From NCBI GenBank assembly GCA_963772505.1, contig CAVYXL010000015.1, positions 87,145 through 151,144 of the forward strand: 64,000 nucleotides of DNA, given 5' to 3'. Positions 37,821 through 47,364 of the stretch are shown here, in pieces (within the stretch, counting starts at the first letter, position 1; the number at the start of each line of letters is the position of its first letter). Position numbers and translations under genes: made by a program. Under the pieces are notes generated by a model, which worked only from the letters and a program-made list of their open reading frames with translations, made no database searches and was not told the DNA's origin. This DNA comes from Candidatus Bathyarchaeota archaeon. Lineage in GTDB: Archaea > Thermoproteota > Bathyarchaeia > Bathyarchaeales > Bathycorpusculaceae.

Positions 37821-38582
37821 CTATTCGCCTTTGCGGAAACCCGTGGTAAATTTAGGGTCATAAAGCTTAGATAAATCATATGCTGCCGGATTAAGGACTC
37901 TTCCGACAAAAATCAAAGCGGTCTCAGTTATTCCTGCAGCTTTGACCTTTTCAACAATATCAGTTAATGTGCCCTTTACGATTTTTTGCTGTGGCCACGT
38001 TGCCTTGTACACAACTGCGGCCGGTGTATCTTTAGGGTAACCGCCTTTTACGAGGTCTTCGACGACTCGGGCGATGTGGGGTGTGCCTAAGAAAATAACC
38101 ATGGTGGCTTGGTGAGCTGCAAGTTTGCTTATGCTTTCAGCGTCTGGCACGGGTGTCCTGCCTTCAGGACGAGTAATGATTACAGTTTGAGAAATGTTAG
38201 GCAAGGTTAATTCGCGGTTTAATGCTCCTGCTCCGCCTTGCAAGCAGCTTACCCCTGGAATTCGGAAGTACTCGATTTTTTCTTTGTCCAGTGCGTCCAT
38301 TTGCTCTTGAATGGCGCCGTAGAAGCTTGGGTCGCCATCATGTACGCGTGCAACAAGCTTGTCTGCTTTGGAAGCCTCAACCATGACTTTTAATACTTCA
38401 GGTAAACTCATTTTGGCGCTGTCATAAAATTGAGCACTCGGCTTAGCATATTTTAGGTATTCAGGGTTAAGAAGTGAGCCAGCGTAGATTACAACATCGG
38501 CTTGTTCTAAGTAACGTTTGCCTTTTAATGTGATTAGTTCTGGGTCGCCTGGGCCTGCACCTATGAAGACAAGTTTTTTCAT
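37821..38582 (-). CDS. cbiF: Cobalt-precorrin-4 C11-methyltransferase
   Basis: [40 protein letters not shown]. Confidence 0.95.
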   Translation of the reverse strand: MKKLVFIGAGPGDPELITLKGKRYLEQADVVIYAGSLLNPEYLKYAKPSAQFYDSAKMSLPEVLKVMVEASKADKLVARVHDGDPSFYGAIQEQMDALDKEKIEYFRIPGVSCLQGGAGALNRELTLPNISQTVIITRPEGRTPVPDAESISKLAAHQATMVIFLGTPHIARVVEDLVKGGYPKDTPAAVVYKATWPQQKIVKGTLTDIVEKVKAAGITETALIFVGRVLNPAAYDLSKLYDPKFTTGFRKGE

Positions 38583-39361
38583 GGTTTCACACCGTTTCCG
38601 TTTTGTTTCCAATGAATTGCAACTTGACTTTTCTTAACAATAGCAACGGAGAAATAATCTTCAGTTATATCCCATTTCTCCACATCACTTAATTTGCCCA
38701 CCAGAACTTTTTCTTCACCCAACGTACAACGCTTAATCAAGGCAACGGTGGAGTTTTCTGTGAAGCCTGCCTTCAAAAGAATCGGAACAAATTCTTTAAT
38801 GTGATGTGCACATTTCATGAACACCAAGTTATCGGCGTGTTTAGCAGTTTCTTCGATCCGAGCCGGAGTAAGGTCTGATGGAATAATTGAAACAACTTCT
38901 TCTTTTTCTGCAAGAGGCAATTTAGAGCTTGCCGCGGCTGCAGTTACAGAAGTTACACCTGGAATAATCTCAAGCTCAATTTCAGGGTAAGTTTCTTTGA
39001 CGCATTCATAAAGATACAGAAAAGTGCTATAGAGCATTGGATCGCCCAATGTGATGAAGGCAACGTTGCCTTTTTTGGCTTTTGCAGCTACTATAGCGGC
39101 GTTTTCCACCCAAAGTTTCCGGTTGTTCAAATCATCTTTAGTCATGGGAAAAATAAGTTCAAGAATCTCAGCGGGTTTTTTACGTTCAGCCAAGATTTGT
39201 TTAACCATGCTTAAAGCCATGCTTGGTTTTCGAGCATGAGATTTTGGTACGCATATAACGTCCGCTGCTTTGAGGGCTTTCACTGCTTTTATCGTGATAA
39301 GTTCTGGGTCTCCCGGACCGACGCCGATGCCTATGAATGTTCCAGCCAAGTAATTTTTCAC
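38579..39361 (-). CDS. cbiL: Cobalt-precorrin-2 C20-methyltransferase
   Basis: [33 protein letters not shown]. Confidence 0.95.
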   Translation of the reverse strand: MKNYLAGTFIGIGVGPGDPELITIKAVKALKAADVICVPKSHARKPSMALSMVKQILAERKKPAEILELIFPMTKDDLNNRKLWVENAAIVAAKAKKGNVAFITLGDPMLYSTFLYLYECVKETYPEIELEIIPGVTSVTAAAASSKLPLAEKEEVVSIIPSDLTPARIEETAKHADNLVFMKCAHHIKEFVPILLKAGFTENSTVALIKRCTLGEEKVLVGKLSDVEKWDITEDYFSVAIVKKSQVAIHWKQNGNGVKP

Positions 39362-39967
39362 CTAAGGTTTTGTCGCTGAGACTATTGTTATTGGGTTTCT
39401 TGCCATCATCATTGTTCCGCTGTTTATTTGTTTTCCCTTTGCGACCGAAATAAGTGCTACATCGATGTCTTTGAAGCAAAGTGCTTTAAGTTCAGCTATT
39501 GCTATGGTTGCGGTTTCTAAAAGTATCGCGTTTATCACGATTCTTCCATTGGGCTTGAGCTTGAAAAAAGCAGCTTGCAATATAGTTCTCAAGGACACGC
39601 CGCCCCCTCCAATGATGAAGGCATCAGCCATTGGAAGGCTTAGTAATGCTTCTGGTGCTTTGCCTCGAGTAACAGACACATAGTTTTTGACCCCGAATTT
39701 TTCCAAATTACTATTCGTTAATTTGATTGCTGCATCGTCCTCGTCAATTGCATAAACCTTGCCTTTTGTTCCGACTTGAAGCGCTGCTTCCACAGTTAAG
39801 CCTCCTGTCCCACAGCCAACATCCACTACAACAGAGCCTTCGTTTAGGCGGGCTTTGGAAATAGCAATTACTCTGATTTCTTCTTTGGTTGGTCCAGGCA
39901 CTTCATCATTTTGGTTAAAAAGCTCGTCAGGTATGCCTGCTGTTTTGTACGTCCAGTTTTTAGCCAT
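39362..39967 (-). CDS. cbiT: Cobalt-precorrin-6B C15-methyltransferase (decarboxylating)
   Basis: GIPDELF, TKEEIR, DVGCGTG, IGGG, ARNP. Confidence 0.95.
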   Translation of the reverse strand: MAKNWTYKTAGIPDELFNQNDEVPGPTKEEIRVIAISKARLNEGSVVVDVGCGTGGLTVEAALQVGTKGKVYAIDEDDAAIKLTNSNLEKFGVKNYVSVTRGKAPEALLSLPMADAFIIGGGGVSLRTILQAAFFKLKPNGRIVINAILLETATIAIAELKALCFKDIDVALISVAKGKQINSGTMMMARNPITIVSATKP

Positions 39968-39977
39968 TAGGGTCAAC

Positions 39978-40649
39978 TTATCCTTTTACGATGCAGTTTG
40001 ATTTGATAACCATTACGCATAGAGATCCAAAAGTTTGCTTAGAAACACTTTCTAAACTACCTGAAAAAATCTTTTCATTTTCTAAAGTGATGTTTTCGCA
40101 GATGTAAACAATTGTTTTTTTATATGTGTCTAATGCGATAAGAAAACTGGCAATATCTTTTGGTGTAAAGTCTCGTGAATTAGGCAAAAGCAGAATTGTG
40201 CGGCCACATTTAACCGCAGAAATCAACTTCTCCTTTTCCTCGTCGGAGACTTCGTCGTGAAAAGTAAATAGGCGAGCGTTATCCCAACTAATGTTTAAGA
40301 CTGCAGCACAAGCTTGAATGGAGCTTATTCCTGGAATAACGAAAATGTCTGGTGAATTAAAAAAGCCGCTTTCCAGTACTGTATGTAATAATCCTGAGAA
40401 ACCGGGATCACCTGTTGAGAGCAACGCGACATTTTCGCCAGCTTTGAGATATTCAGCGCCTTGTCTTAGCGCATCCTTAAGATTTTTTGCAGTTAAAATA
40501 ACCTTCTCGCCTTTTATCTCGGAAGCGAAGAGGTTTATGTTTCTTTGAGCCCCAATAACAAGCCTTGCGTTTTGAACAATTTTTCTTGCTACTGGCGTTA
40601 CGTAATCTGGTGAACCGGGTCCGACGCCAACTATGTTAATTTTAGCCAA
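39978..40649 (-). CDS. cbiE: Cobalt-precorrin-7 C5-methyltransferase
   Basis: IVGVGPG, STGDPGFSG, PGISSIQ, ENITLENE. Confidence 0.93.
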   Translation of the reverse strand: MAKINIVGVGPGSPDYVTPVARKIVQNARLVIGAQRNINLFASEIKGEKVILTAKNLKDALRQGAEYLKAGENVALLSTGDPGFSGLLHTVLESGFFNSPDIFVIPGISSIQACAAVLNISWDNARLFTFHDEVSDEEKEKLISAVKCGRTILLLPNSRDFTPKDIASFLIALDTYKKTIVYICENITLENEKIFSGSLESVSKQTFGSLCVMVIKSNCIVKG

Positions 40650-41731
40650 GGTTTATTGCACCTGGCATTCTCGTCCATGCCAAGAACTCTGCCATCCATC
40701 GCTACAATTACAACACTTATCTTAATTTTATTCTCCACTCGGTCACTTATACGTTGGTTAACACGTTTGGCAATCCGATCGTAAGTTGCCTCCAACAGGT
40801 CTGCTTGCCTTAAAATTTCGGTGGCTTCATCCGTGGTGTTTGCTGCCAACAATTCGTTTATGGTTTTGGTGTCTGCTCCAACTGCGCCAGCATAAGAAGC
40901 CACAACTTCATTTCGTGCGTCGCCCACTTTGTGATGGGTATTAAAAATGTTAGCTGCTAACTTTACCAGTTTTCCAGAATGCCCCAAAACAATTATTTCT
41001 TTAACCCCTTTTTCCACGGCTTTATCAAGCATATAACCGACAAAATCTCCGGTTTGAACAATCGCATCTTCAGGCGCACTAAACTGCTGCTTCGCAATGC
41101 GTTCACCTATGTTGCCTGGAACAAAAAATATTCGTTTATATCCTTTGGCTAATGCAACATCAATTTGTGGAACCAATGAACGCCTACAAGCTTCCAAGGA
41201 CAACGGCTTGACAACGCCTGTTGTTCCCAGAATTGAGACACCACCAACTATTCCCAATTTTGCATTCATGGTTTTTTTAGCAATGTTTGCTCCTTCAGGA
41301 GCTGTAATTGTGATTTCAACTCCTTTGCCAGCGGGTAATACTTCCTTAACAGCTTCAGTTATCATGCTTCTTGGAACAGGATTAATTGCTCCTTCACCAA
41401 TGGGCACTTGCAACCCAGATTTAGTTACTTTGCCGATGCCCTCACCGCTTCTAATGGTGACCTTGCCATCATTCGTGAGTTTCACAGTTGCGGTTATTTC
41501 CATTTTGTCGGTGACGTCAATGTCTTCTCCGGCATCTTTAATGGCGACAGCTTCAGCGGTGTCAGCGGTGATTTTTCGGCTGGATTTCACTGGGACCTCA
41601 AAACGTAAGCCAATTGGTGTTGGAATAACTACTCGGTCAACAGGCTTTTCAAGCAGTGCAATTACAGCAGCTTTGGATGCTGCGGCAGCTGTTGCACCGG
41701 TTGTTATGCCATACTTCAAAAACCTGGCCAT
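40631..41731 (-). CDS. cbiD: Cobalt-precorrin-5B C1-methyltransferase
   Basis: GITTG, KDAG.D.DVT, AINPVPR, LGIVGGVSILGTTG, GKLVKLA. Confidence 0.96.
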   Translation of the reverse strand: MARFLKYGITTGATAAAASKAAVIALLEKPVDRVVIPTPIGLRFEVPVKSSRKITADTAEAVAIKDAGEDIDVTDKMEITATVKLTNDGKVTIRSGEGIGKVTKSGLQVPIGEGAINPVPRSMITEAVKEVLPAGKGVEITITAPEGANIAKKTMNAKLGIVGGVSILGTTGVVKPLSLEACRRSLVPQIDVALAKGYKRIFFVPGNIGERIAKQQFSAPEDAIVQTGDFVGYMLDKAVEKGVKEIIVLGHSGKLVKLAANIFNTHHKVGDARNEVVASYAGAVGADTKTINELLAANTTDEATEILRQADLLEATYDRIAKRVNQRISDRVENKIKISVVIVAMDGRVLGMDENARCNKPWLKLT

Positions 41732-41745
41732 ACAAGTTGCCTCCA

Positions 41746-42819
41746 TTAACCGTAGGCTTTGCCTTCAGCCATGGAAAGTAATGAGTTAAAAACTGCAACA
41801 GCAATTGTGCTGCCACCTTTGCGTCCTCTTGTAATAATGAATGGTACGGAGAGTTTTGCGACTACTTCTTTTGATTCGGCAGCACCCACAAAACCTACAG
41901 GCACCGCAACAATCAAGGCTGGCTTAACTTTTCCCTTCTTTATTTGATCTGCCAACTCGAAAGCTGCAGTTGGAGCGTTTCCAATTAGTATAATTGCGCC
42001 GTCCAAGCCGTCTTTTACTGCAAGTCTCATTGCAGCTGCGGAGCGAGTTAACGACTCTTCCTTCGCCAAATCCATAGTTCTGGCATCATTCATGTAGGTG
42101 GATATTTTGCTACCGAATTTCTTAAGTCTGGCCTCGTTAATCCCTGCCTTCACCATTTTAACATCAGTAACTACTTTGGCTCCAGCTTTAATTGCGGCAA
42201 CACCGGATTGCACTGCATCTTTGCTAATGACAAGAAGTTTAGCGAATTCTGGGTCAGCTGTTGTGTGAACTACACGTTCTATTATAGGAACTTGGTCTTT
42301 AGGCGCTTTAGCCAAATCAGGACCAATTGCTTCTCGAATAAGCATCATGCTTTTGTCAACTATTTTTCCTGCTTCAGCAACGGAGTAAGCGTCAACAACT
42401 TCGCTGTCCTTCTTAGCTTCTTGCCCCAGGGCTTTGAAGGCTTTTTCTTCAAGTATATCCGCTATTCGCTCATCGCTGCCCAACGGCTCTCCATAAACTA
42501 GCTCGATGCCATGAGCTTTGAGCTGGGGCTCTTTTTCTTTAACTCCGATTAACTCAGGAATCTCTTGAGTAGTGTGAACTCCAGGCGCAAGGAAAGCAGG
42601 AACCAAAATAATTTTAGATACCGCTTTTTTTGACATTGCATCTATCGCTTGAGCGATGGTAGGTGTATCTCGTATCATAAAAGCAATTTCTACTGTTTTG
42701 AATTTGCTACGGCTGCGCAGAATGTCAGCTAATTTTTCCAGGTTTTCTCTATTGTGAGGCAATTTGCTTCCGTGCCCTATTAGAATTAAGCCGACTTTAT
42801 CAAAGTTGGAATTTGCCAT
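41746..42819 (-). CDS. cbiC: Fused short CbiX cobaltochelatase and CbiC methylmutase
   Basis: N-term GHGS..FLAPGVH..EPLG; C-term RVVHTTAD, TRSAAA, IGNAPTA, PVGFVGAAESK, GRKGGS. Confidence 0.93.
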   Translation of the reverse strand: MANSNFDKVGLILIGHGSKLPHNRENLEKLADILRSRSKFKTVEIAFMIRDTPTIAQAIDAMSKKAVSKIILVPAFLAPGVHTTQEIPELIGVKEKEPQLKAHGIELVYGEPLGSDERIADILEEKAFKALGQEAKKDSEVVDAYSVAEAGKIVDKSMMLIREAIGPDLAKAPKDQVPIIERVVHTTADPEFAKLLVISKDAVQSGVAAIKAGAKVVTDVKMVKAGINEARLKKFGSKISTYMNDARTMDLAKEESLTRSAAAMRLAVKDGLDGAIILIGNAPTAAFELADQIKKGKVKPALIVAVPVGFVGAAESKEVVAKLSVPFIITRGRKGGSTIAVAVFNSLLSMAEGKAYG

Positions 42820-42820
42820 G

Positions 42821-44107
42821 CTAATTTTTCCCCGTTTTCTCAAATAACTTTGCTGCAAAATCAATCAGTTGCTGATCACCATTTTTCGCAGCTACCCTAA
42901 GGTTTTCAACGATTGGCACAAATGTCTGTTTCAGCAAAATAGATGTTAAATCATCAAGAATTTTACGCTCTTTATCATCTATGTTGCCTATCATGTTTAG
43001 AGCAGTTGCAAGTTCTTTTTGCCTAATCTGTTCAGCCTGAGATAAAAGTGATGAAATGATTATGCGAACTGAGAGGCTTTTCATGTCTTGGTTAAGGGTC
43101 ACAATTTCCTCGTCAAGGATTTTTACTGCTTTTTCAATGCTTTTCTCTCGTTGCAGCTTGTTGTTGTCGGCAATTAATTGCAAATCATCGATGTTGTAGA
43201 GTTTAGTTCCTTTGATTTCTTGAACGGATTTTTCCACGTTACGAGGATTAGAAATATCAATAATTACAAGATCATTTTTGTTTGCTCGCTTATCCATTAA
43301 TTTTGATAAAATTTCTTTGGTTAAGAGGTAATGAGGCGCTGCAGTTGAGCAAATTACTACATCAGCGTCAACAAGCACTTCGTCAAATTGATTAAACTTT
43401 ACGGCTTTCCCTTTCAGGTCTTCAGCTAGCTTCACGGCCCTCTCATAAGTTCTGTTGGCGATAAATATTGGGCTAAGGCATCGTCTCGATAAGGCTTTAG
43501 CTACAAGGGTTCCTATTTCTCCAGCGCCCATAACAAGGATTTTCTTATCTTCCAAGGTGCCCAATAATTTGACTGCTAATTCAACTGCTGCTGAACCAAC
43601 TGAAACCGCGCCTTTGTTAATGCCTGTTTCATTTCTGACGCGTCTACCAACAGTCATCGCTCGGTTAAAGAGATGTTTTAGGATTGGACCGACCGTTTTG
43701 GCTTTGTCTGCTTCTAAATATGCATCCCAGACTTGATTTAGAACTTGGTCTTCGCCAATAACCATGGATTCTAAACCTGAAGTTACCCTTAAAAGATGAT
43801 CAAAAGCTTCATTGTCCACAGCGGTTTCTATGGCTTTAGACGCTTCCTCACTTTGTTCCATGGCTCTTTTTGAAAAATAATCTTTTACTAAATTAACTGT
43901 GTTATAGGCTTCTTCTGTTACAGCATAGATTTCTATGCGGTTACACGTTTGAAGAATTAAGCATTCTTCGACGTTTTCAAGAGAACGAATCTCGGCGAGA
44001 TCTTTTTCTTTTTCTTTAAACGCCACGGTTTCCATTAATGGCACCCGGGCTGTTTTATGCGTAATCCTAACGTTGATAGTGTGATCTGTCTTGGCCGAGG
44101 AATGCAT
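42821..44107 (-). CDS. hemA: Glutamyl-tRNA reductase
   Basis: TCNRIE, GLESMVIGEDQ, GAGEIG, NRT, DISNPRNV. Confidence 0.97.
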   Translation of the reverse strand: MHSSAKTDHTINVRITHKTARVPLMETVAFKEKEKDLAEIRSLENVEECLILQTCNRIEIYAVTEEAYNTVNLVKDYFSKRAMEQSEEASKAIETAVDNEAFDHLLRVTSGLESMVIGEDQVLNQVWDAYLEADKAKTVGPILKHLFNRAMTVGRRVRNETGINKGAVSVGSAAVELAVKLLGTLEDKKILVMGAGEIGTLVAKALSRRCLSPIFIANRTYERAVKLAEDLKGKAVKFNQFDEVLVDADVVICSTAAPHYLLTKEILSKLMDKRANKNDLVIIDISNPRNVEKSVQEIKGTKLYNIDDLQLIADNNKLQREKSIEKAVKILDEEIVTLNQDMKSLSVRIIISSLLSQAEQIRQKELATALNMIGNIDDKERKILDDLTSILLKQTFVPIVENLRVAAKNGDQQLIDFAAKLFEKTGKN

Positions 44108-44124
44108 GGATGGATAAACCGACC
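44108..44124. promoter_or_regulatory. Candidate B12-regulon operator, site 3 (GGATGGATAAACCGACC)
   Basis: Directly abuts the hemA ATG; 3 nt from TATA-like TTAAATATAAG in the divergent gap. Confidence 0.68.
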
Positions 44125-44169
44125 GTCTTAAATATAAGTTTTACCGTAAATAGGCGAAGGGCATAATTT

Positions 44170-45714
44170 GTGACAGAATTACATCAAAGAATAGGTTTGG
44201 TGTACCTTCCAGGCGCTCTTCCATGCTTTGAGGACTTCGGAAATCTCCCAACCGACCTAGTTTGCTCTGATGCCCTTGTGGATGGCAAGCCAGCATCAGA
44301 AGTTTTAGACATGATTATCATTCCAGGCGGAAGCCTGGTTGAATCACAAAGTGTTAACAAAAAATTAAGCCATGAAATATTGAAAATGGCTAAAGACGGC
44401 AAATTTGTCTTGGGAATCTGCTCCGGGTTCCAGATTCTTGCCAAAGAAACCGATGTTGGGCGACTTTCAACTGTGCCTATTACTCGAGAAGGCTTAGGCT
44501 TATTAGATGCAGAGTTTAAACCATTGATTTGCACTGATCGGGTAAGAGCTACTGTAACGGATAAGAGTTTTATCACTCAGGAAGTCGGTAAAGAAGTTTC
44601 AGGATTCCACTGCCATACCTATGGCCAAATTTTGCTTAGAAAAGACGCAAAAACCATTCTTGTTTCTCATGTGCAACGTGTAAATTACCATAAAGACCCG
44701 CAAGATTTAGTTTCAGGGGTAGCTAACAAAAAAGGCAATGTGGTAGGCATTTTTGTTCACGGTTTACTTGACAATAACCCTACCATAATCAACAGCATCA
44801 TAAAATCATTAAACATCAACCCAATCCAGCTGGAAGAAATTCGAATGGCAAATGCCAAACTTTTGAAGCAAATAAAATGCGAAATTGGAATCGCAACCAA
44901 CATCCAACAACAAAGCATCAAGAAACAAAAAGCGCCAAAGTTGCTATTGGTCACCGCAAATGGAAGTGGTTCAGGAAAAACTTTTCTTGTAGCAGGCATC
45001 GCTGGAGCGCTAAAACAAAAAGGCTTCAAAGTTGGCATAATAAAAGTCGGCGGTGACATACGAGATGCTGTTCCAGCACTCTACCTCATAAAGGAGCCGA
45101 TTAAACCTTACTCATCCATAAAAGTTGGAGAAAGCGGCTGGAAACCGTTAGGTGAAGCAATAAATGAAGCTAGCAAAGACTATGATTTTATTCTTGTTGA
45201 AGGCGCCATGAGCGCTTTCACTGGACTATTGAACGATAAAGTTTTGCGACCGACTTCGACGGCTGAGGTAGCAGCAGCACTAGGGGCATCTACGGTTCTC
45301 GTAGTTGGCTGTGACAAGGAAGGCGTAGAGGGAGCAGTTGTGAATACGCTAAATTACGTTAACATTCTGAGGAGCCTTGGGGTAAATACAACAGGCGTTA
45401 TCCTCAACAAAGCACGAATAAGCTATCTGAGCGACGAAATTAAGCAAACCATTAAACATGCGTTTGATAATGCAGGCGTCAAATTGATAGGCATCGTGCC
45501 ACGCATGGAAGTTGAGGGCAGAGGAATGATTCCCGAAATTGAAATAAAATATGAAGAGTTTGGAGCCCAAGCGATTCAAGTTGCAGAACAATATCTAGAC
45601 ATTGACGTTTTAACAAAGATTGCTGACGCGCCGAAACTAACAATGGTTGATTATGCCGCTTTTATGGAAAAATTCAAAACCTTAGTCACCAACTATAAAC
45701 TTAACTGTTCCTAA
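44170..45714 (+). CDS. Corrinoid amidotransferase with reversed domain order (GATase first, CbiA-like ATPase second)
   Basis: IIPGGS, LGICSGFQIL, GLGLL, VHGLL; then SGSGKT, KVGGD, VEGAM, STAEVA, GVILNK. Confidence 0.85.
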   Translation: MTELHQRIGLVYLPGALPCFEDFGNLPTDLVCSDALVDGKPASEVLDMIIIPGGSLVESQSVNKKLSHEILKMAKDGKFVLGICSGFQILAKETDVGRLSTVPITREGLGLLDAEFKPLICTDRVRATVTDKSFITQEVGKEVSGFHCHTYGQILLRKDAKTILVSHVQRVNYHKDPQDLVSGVANKKGNVVGIFVHGLLDNNPTIINSIIKSLNINPIQLEEIRMANAKLLKQIKCEIGIATNIQQQSIKKQKAPKLLLVTANGSGSGKTFLVAGIAGALKQKGFKVGIIKVGGDIRDAVPALYLIKEPIKPYSSIKVGESGWKPLGEAINEASKDYDFILVEGAMSAFTGLLNDKVLRPTSTAEVAAALGASTVLVVGCDKEGVEGAVVNTLNYVNILRSLGVNTTGVILNKARISYLSDEIKQTIKHAFDNAGVKLIGIVPRMEVEGRGMIPEIEIKYEEFGAQAIQVAEQYLDIDVLTKIADAPKLTMVDYAAFMEKFKTLVTNYKLNCS

Positions 45715-45728
45715 GGCGGCTAACCAAA

Positions 45729-46379
45729 GTGCTAATTGACTTAAAGCTCGACGGAAAAACCATCATAATGGTTGGTGGAGGCTCAGAAAGTTATCGAAAA
45801 ATTCAAAGCTTTTTGGATTCTGGCGCCAAAATCTGGGTTATAAGCAGAGATTTTTCCACAGGTATTGAGAAACTGGGTGAAGAAAAGAAAGTTGCTTTGC
45901 TAAAAACCGTGGTTCAAAACGCCAAAGCTTTTGTTGAGAGTTTAAATCCTAAGCCTGATGTCTTTTTGGCTGTTACGAATGATTCAAAGCTCAATCTTGA
46001 GTTAGTTAAGAAAGCTAAGTCTGCAGGATGTATGGTTTACTCTGTAGATAATCCTGTGTTAAGCGATTTTATTTTACCAGCCGTAGCACATGTTGGCGAT
46101 GTCAAAATTGCTGTTTCCACTTCGGGTAGAAGTCCTGCGATGGCTAAAGCCCTCAGAGAAAGAATAGAGCAGTTAATTCAACCTGAAGATTTACTTGAGA
46201 TAGAATTACAAAGTCATATTCGCAGCATGCTAAAAGAACAAATCAGTGACCCTAAGCTAAGAAGCAAAATGTTAAACGAGATACTTAATAACCATAACAT
46301 TAAACAAGTTTTAAAAGAAGGAAAGCTTAGTGAGGCTCAAGAATTAGCCCTGAAGCTCATAAAGAAAAAGGAGACATGA
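45729..46379 (+). CDS. sirC: Precorrin-2 dehydrogenase
   Basis: VGGG, VDNP..SDFILPA, IAVSTSGRSPAMA. Confidence 0.92.
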   Translation: MLIDLKLDGKTIIMVGGGSESYRKIQSFLDSGAKIWVISRDFSTGIEKLGEEKKVALLKTVVQNAKAFVESLNPKPDVFLAVTNDSKLNLELVKKAKSAGCMVYSVDNPVLSDFILPAVAHVGDVKIAVSTSGRSPAMAKALRERIEQLIQPEDLLEIELQSHIRSMLKEQISDPKLRSKMLNEILNNHNIKQVLKEGKLSEAQELALKLIKKKET

Positions 46380-46383
46380 CAAA

Positions 46384-47364
46384 TTGAGTTTCCCAACCGT
46401 TAGAATGAGAAGATTACGCAAAACTGCAGCTATGCGAGAGATATTAAACCAGATAAATTTGCAGCCAAGCAACCTAATTTACCCAATTTTCGTTGACGAA
46501 AACATCACAAAACCCCACGCCATCCAATCAATGCCAGGATATAGCAGACTGCCAATCAGTCAAGTTGCAGATGAGGGAAAATTGGCATTGGAACAAGGCG
46601 TAAAAAGCGTTCTGCTTTTTGGAATACCCGCTCAAAAAGATGAAGTGGGAACGAGCGCATTTGCTAAAAACGGTGTTGTTCAAAAGGCAATTGATGAATT
46701 GAAAAAAACTTATGGAGAAGAACTTGTTGTAATTGCCGATGTCTGCTTATGCGAATACATGACCCATGGACACTGCGGTTTAGTGAAAAACAGCGAAGTT
46801 CTAAACGACCAAACCCTTGATGTTCTTGGGAAAATTGCAGTCAGCCAAGCCGAAGCAGGCGCAGACATTGTAGCCCCTTCAGCAATGATGGACGGGCAAG
46901 TTGCCGCAATACGAGAAGCTTTAGACGATGCAGGTTTTGAGCAAATTCCAATAATGGCTTACTCAGCCAAGTACTCCTCAGGCTTTTACGGTCCCTTTAG
47001 AGAAGCAGTGGAATCTACGCCAAAATTTGGAAACCGTAGAAGCTACCAGATGAGCCAAGGAAGCCAAGAAGAGGCCATACGTGAAATGGAACTCGATCTT
47101 AGCGAAGGCGCAGATATGATTATGGTTAAGCCCGCTTTGGCGTACTTAGATATTATTGCTATTGCAAAAGCTAACTTTAACGTGCCCATAGTAGCGTATA
47201 ATGTCAGCGGGGAATATTCGATGGTTAAAGCTGCCGCGGCGAATGGATGGATTGACGAGAAAACTGTTATCCACGAAATGTTAACAGGTATAAAACGCGC
47301 AGGCGCAGATTTAATCATAACCTACTTTGCTAAAAATGCCAAGTCCTGGTTGAATCAGTCATGA
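46384..47364 (+). CDS. hemB: Porphobilinogen synthase
   Basis: RMRRLR, DVCLCEYMTHGHCG, PSAMMDG, YGPFR, MVKP, YNVSGEY. Confidence 0.98.
   Translation: MSFPTVRMRRLRKTAAMREILNQINLQPSNLIYPIFVDENITKPHAIQSMPGYSRLPISQVADEGKLALEQGVKSVLLFGIPAQKDEVGTSAFAKNGVVQKAIDELKKTYGEELVVIADVCLCEYMTHGHCGLVKNSEVLNDQTLDVLGKIAVSQAEAGADIVAPSAMMDGQVAAIREALDDAGFEQIPIMAYSAKYSSGFYGPFREAVESTPKFGNRRSYQMSQGSQEEAIREMELDLSEGADMIMVKPALAYLDIIAIAKANFNVPIVAYNVSGEYSMVKAAAANGWIDEKTVIHEMLTGIKRAGADLIITYFAKNAKSWLNQS

Noticed and set aside
41097-41789. 230-aa ORF and other antisense ORFs over cbi/hem genes
   Set aside because: Shadow frames of well-supported genes on the opposite strand.
41746-45714. Coenzyme F430 (cfb) pathway reading of the short CbiX and the amidotransferase
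   Set aside because: No cfbC/D/E or mcr genes in the window; the context is entirely cobalt-corrin.
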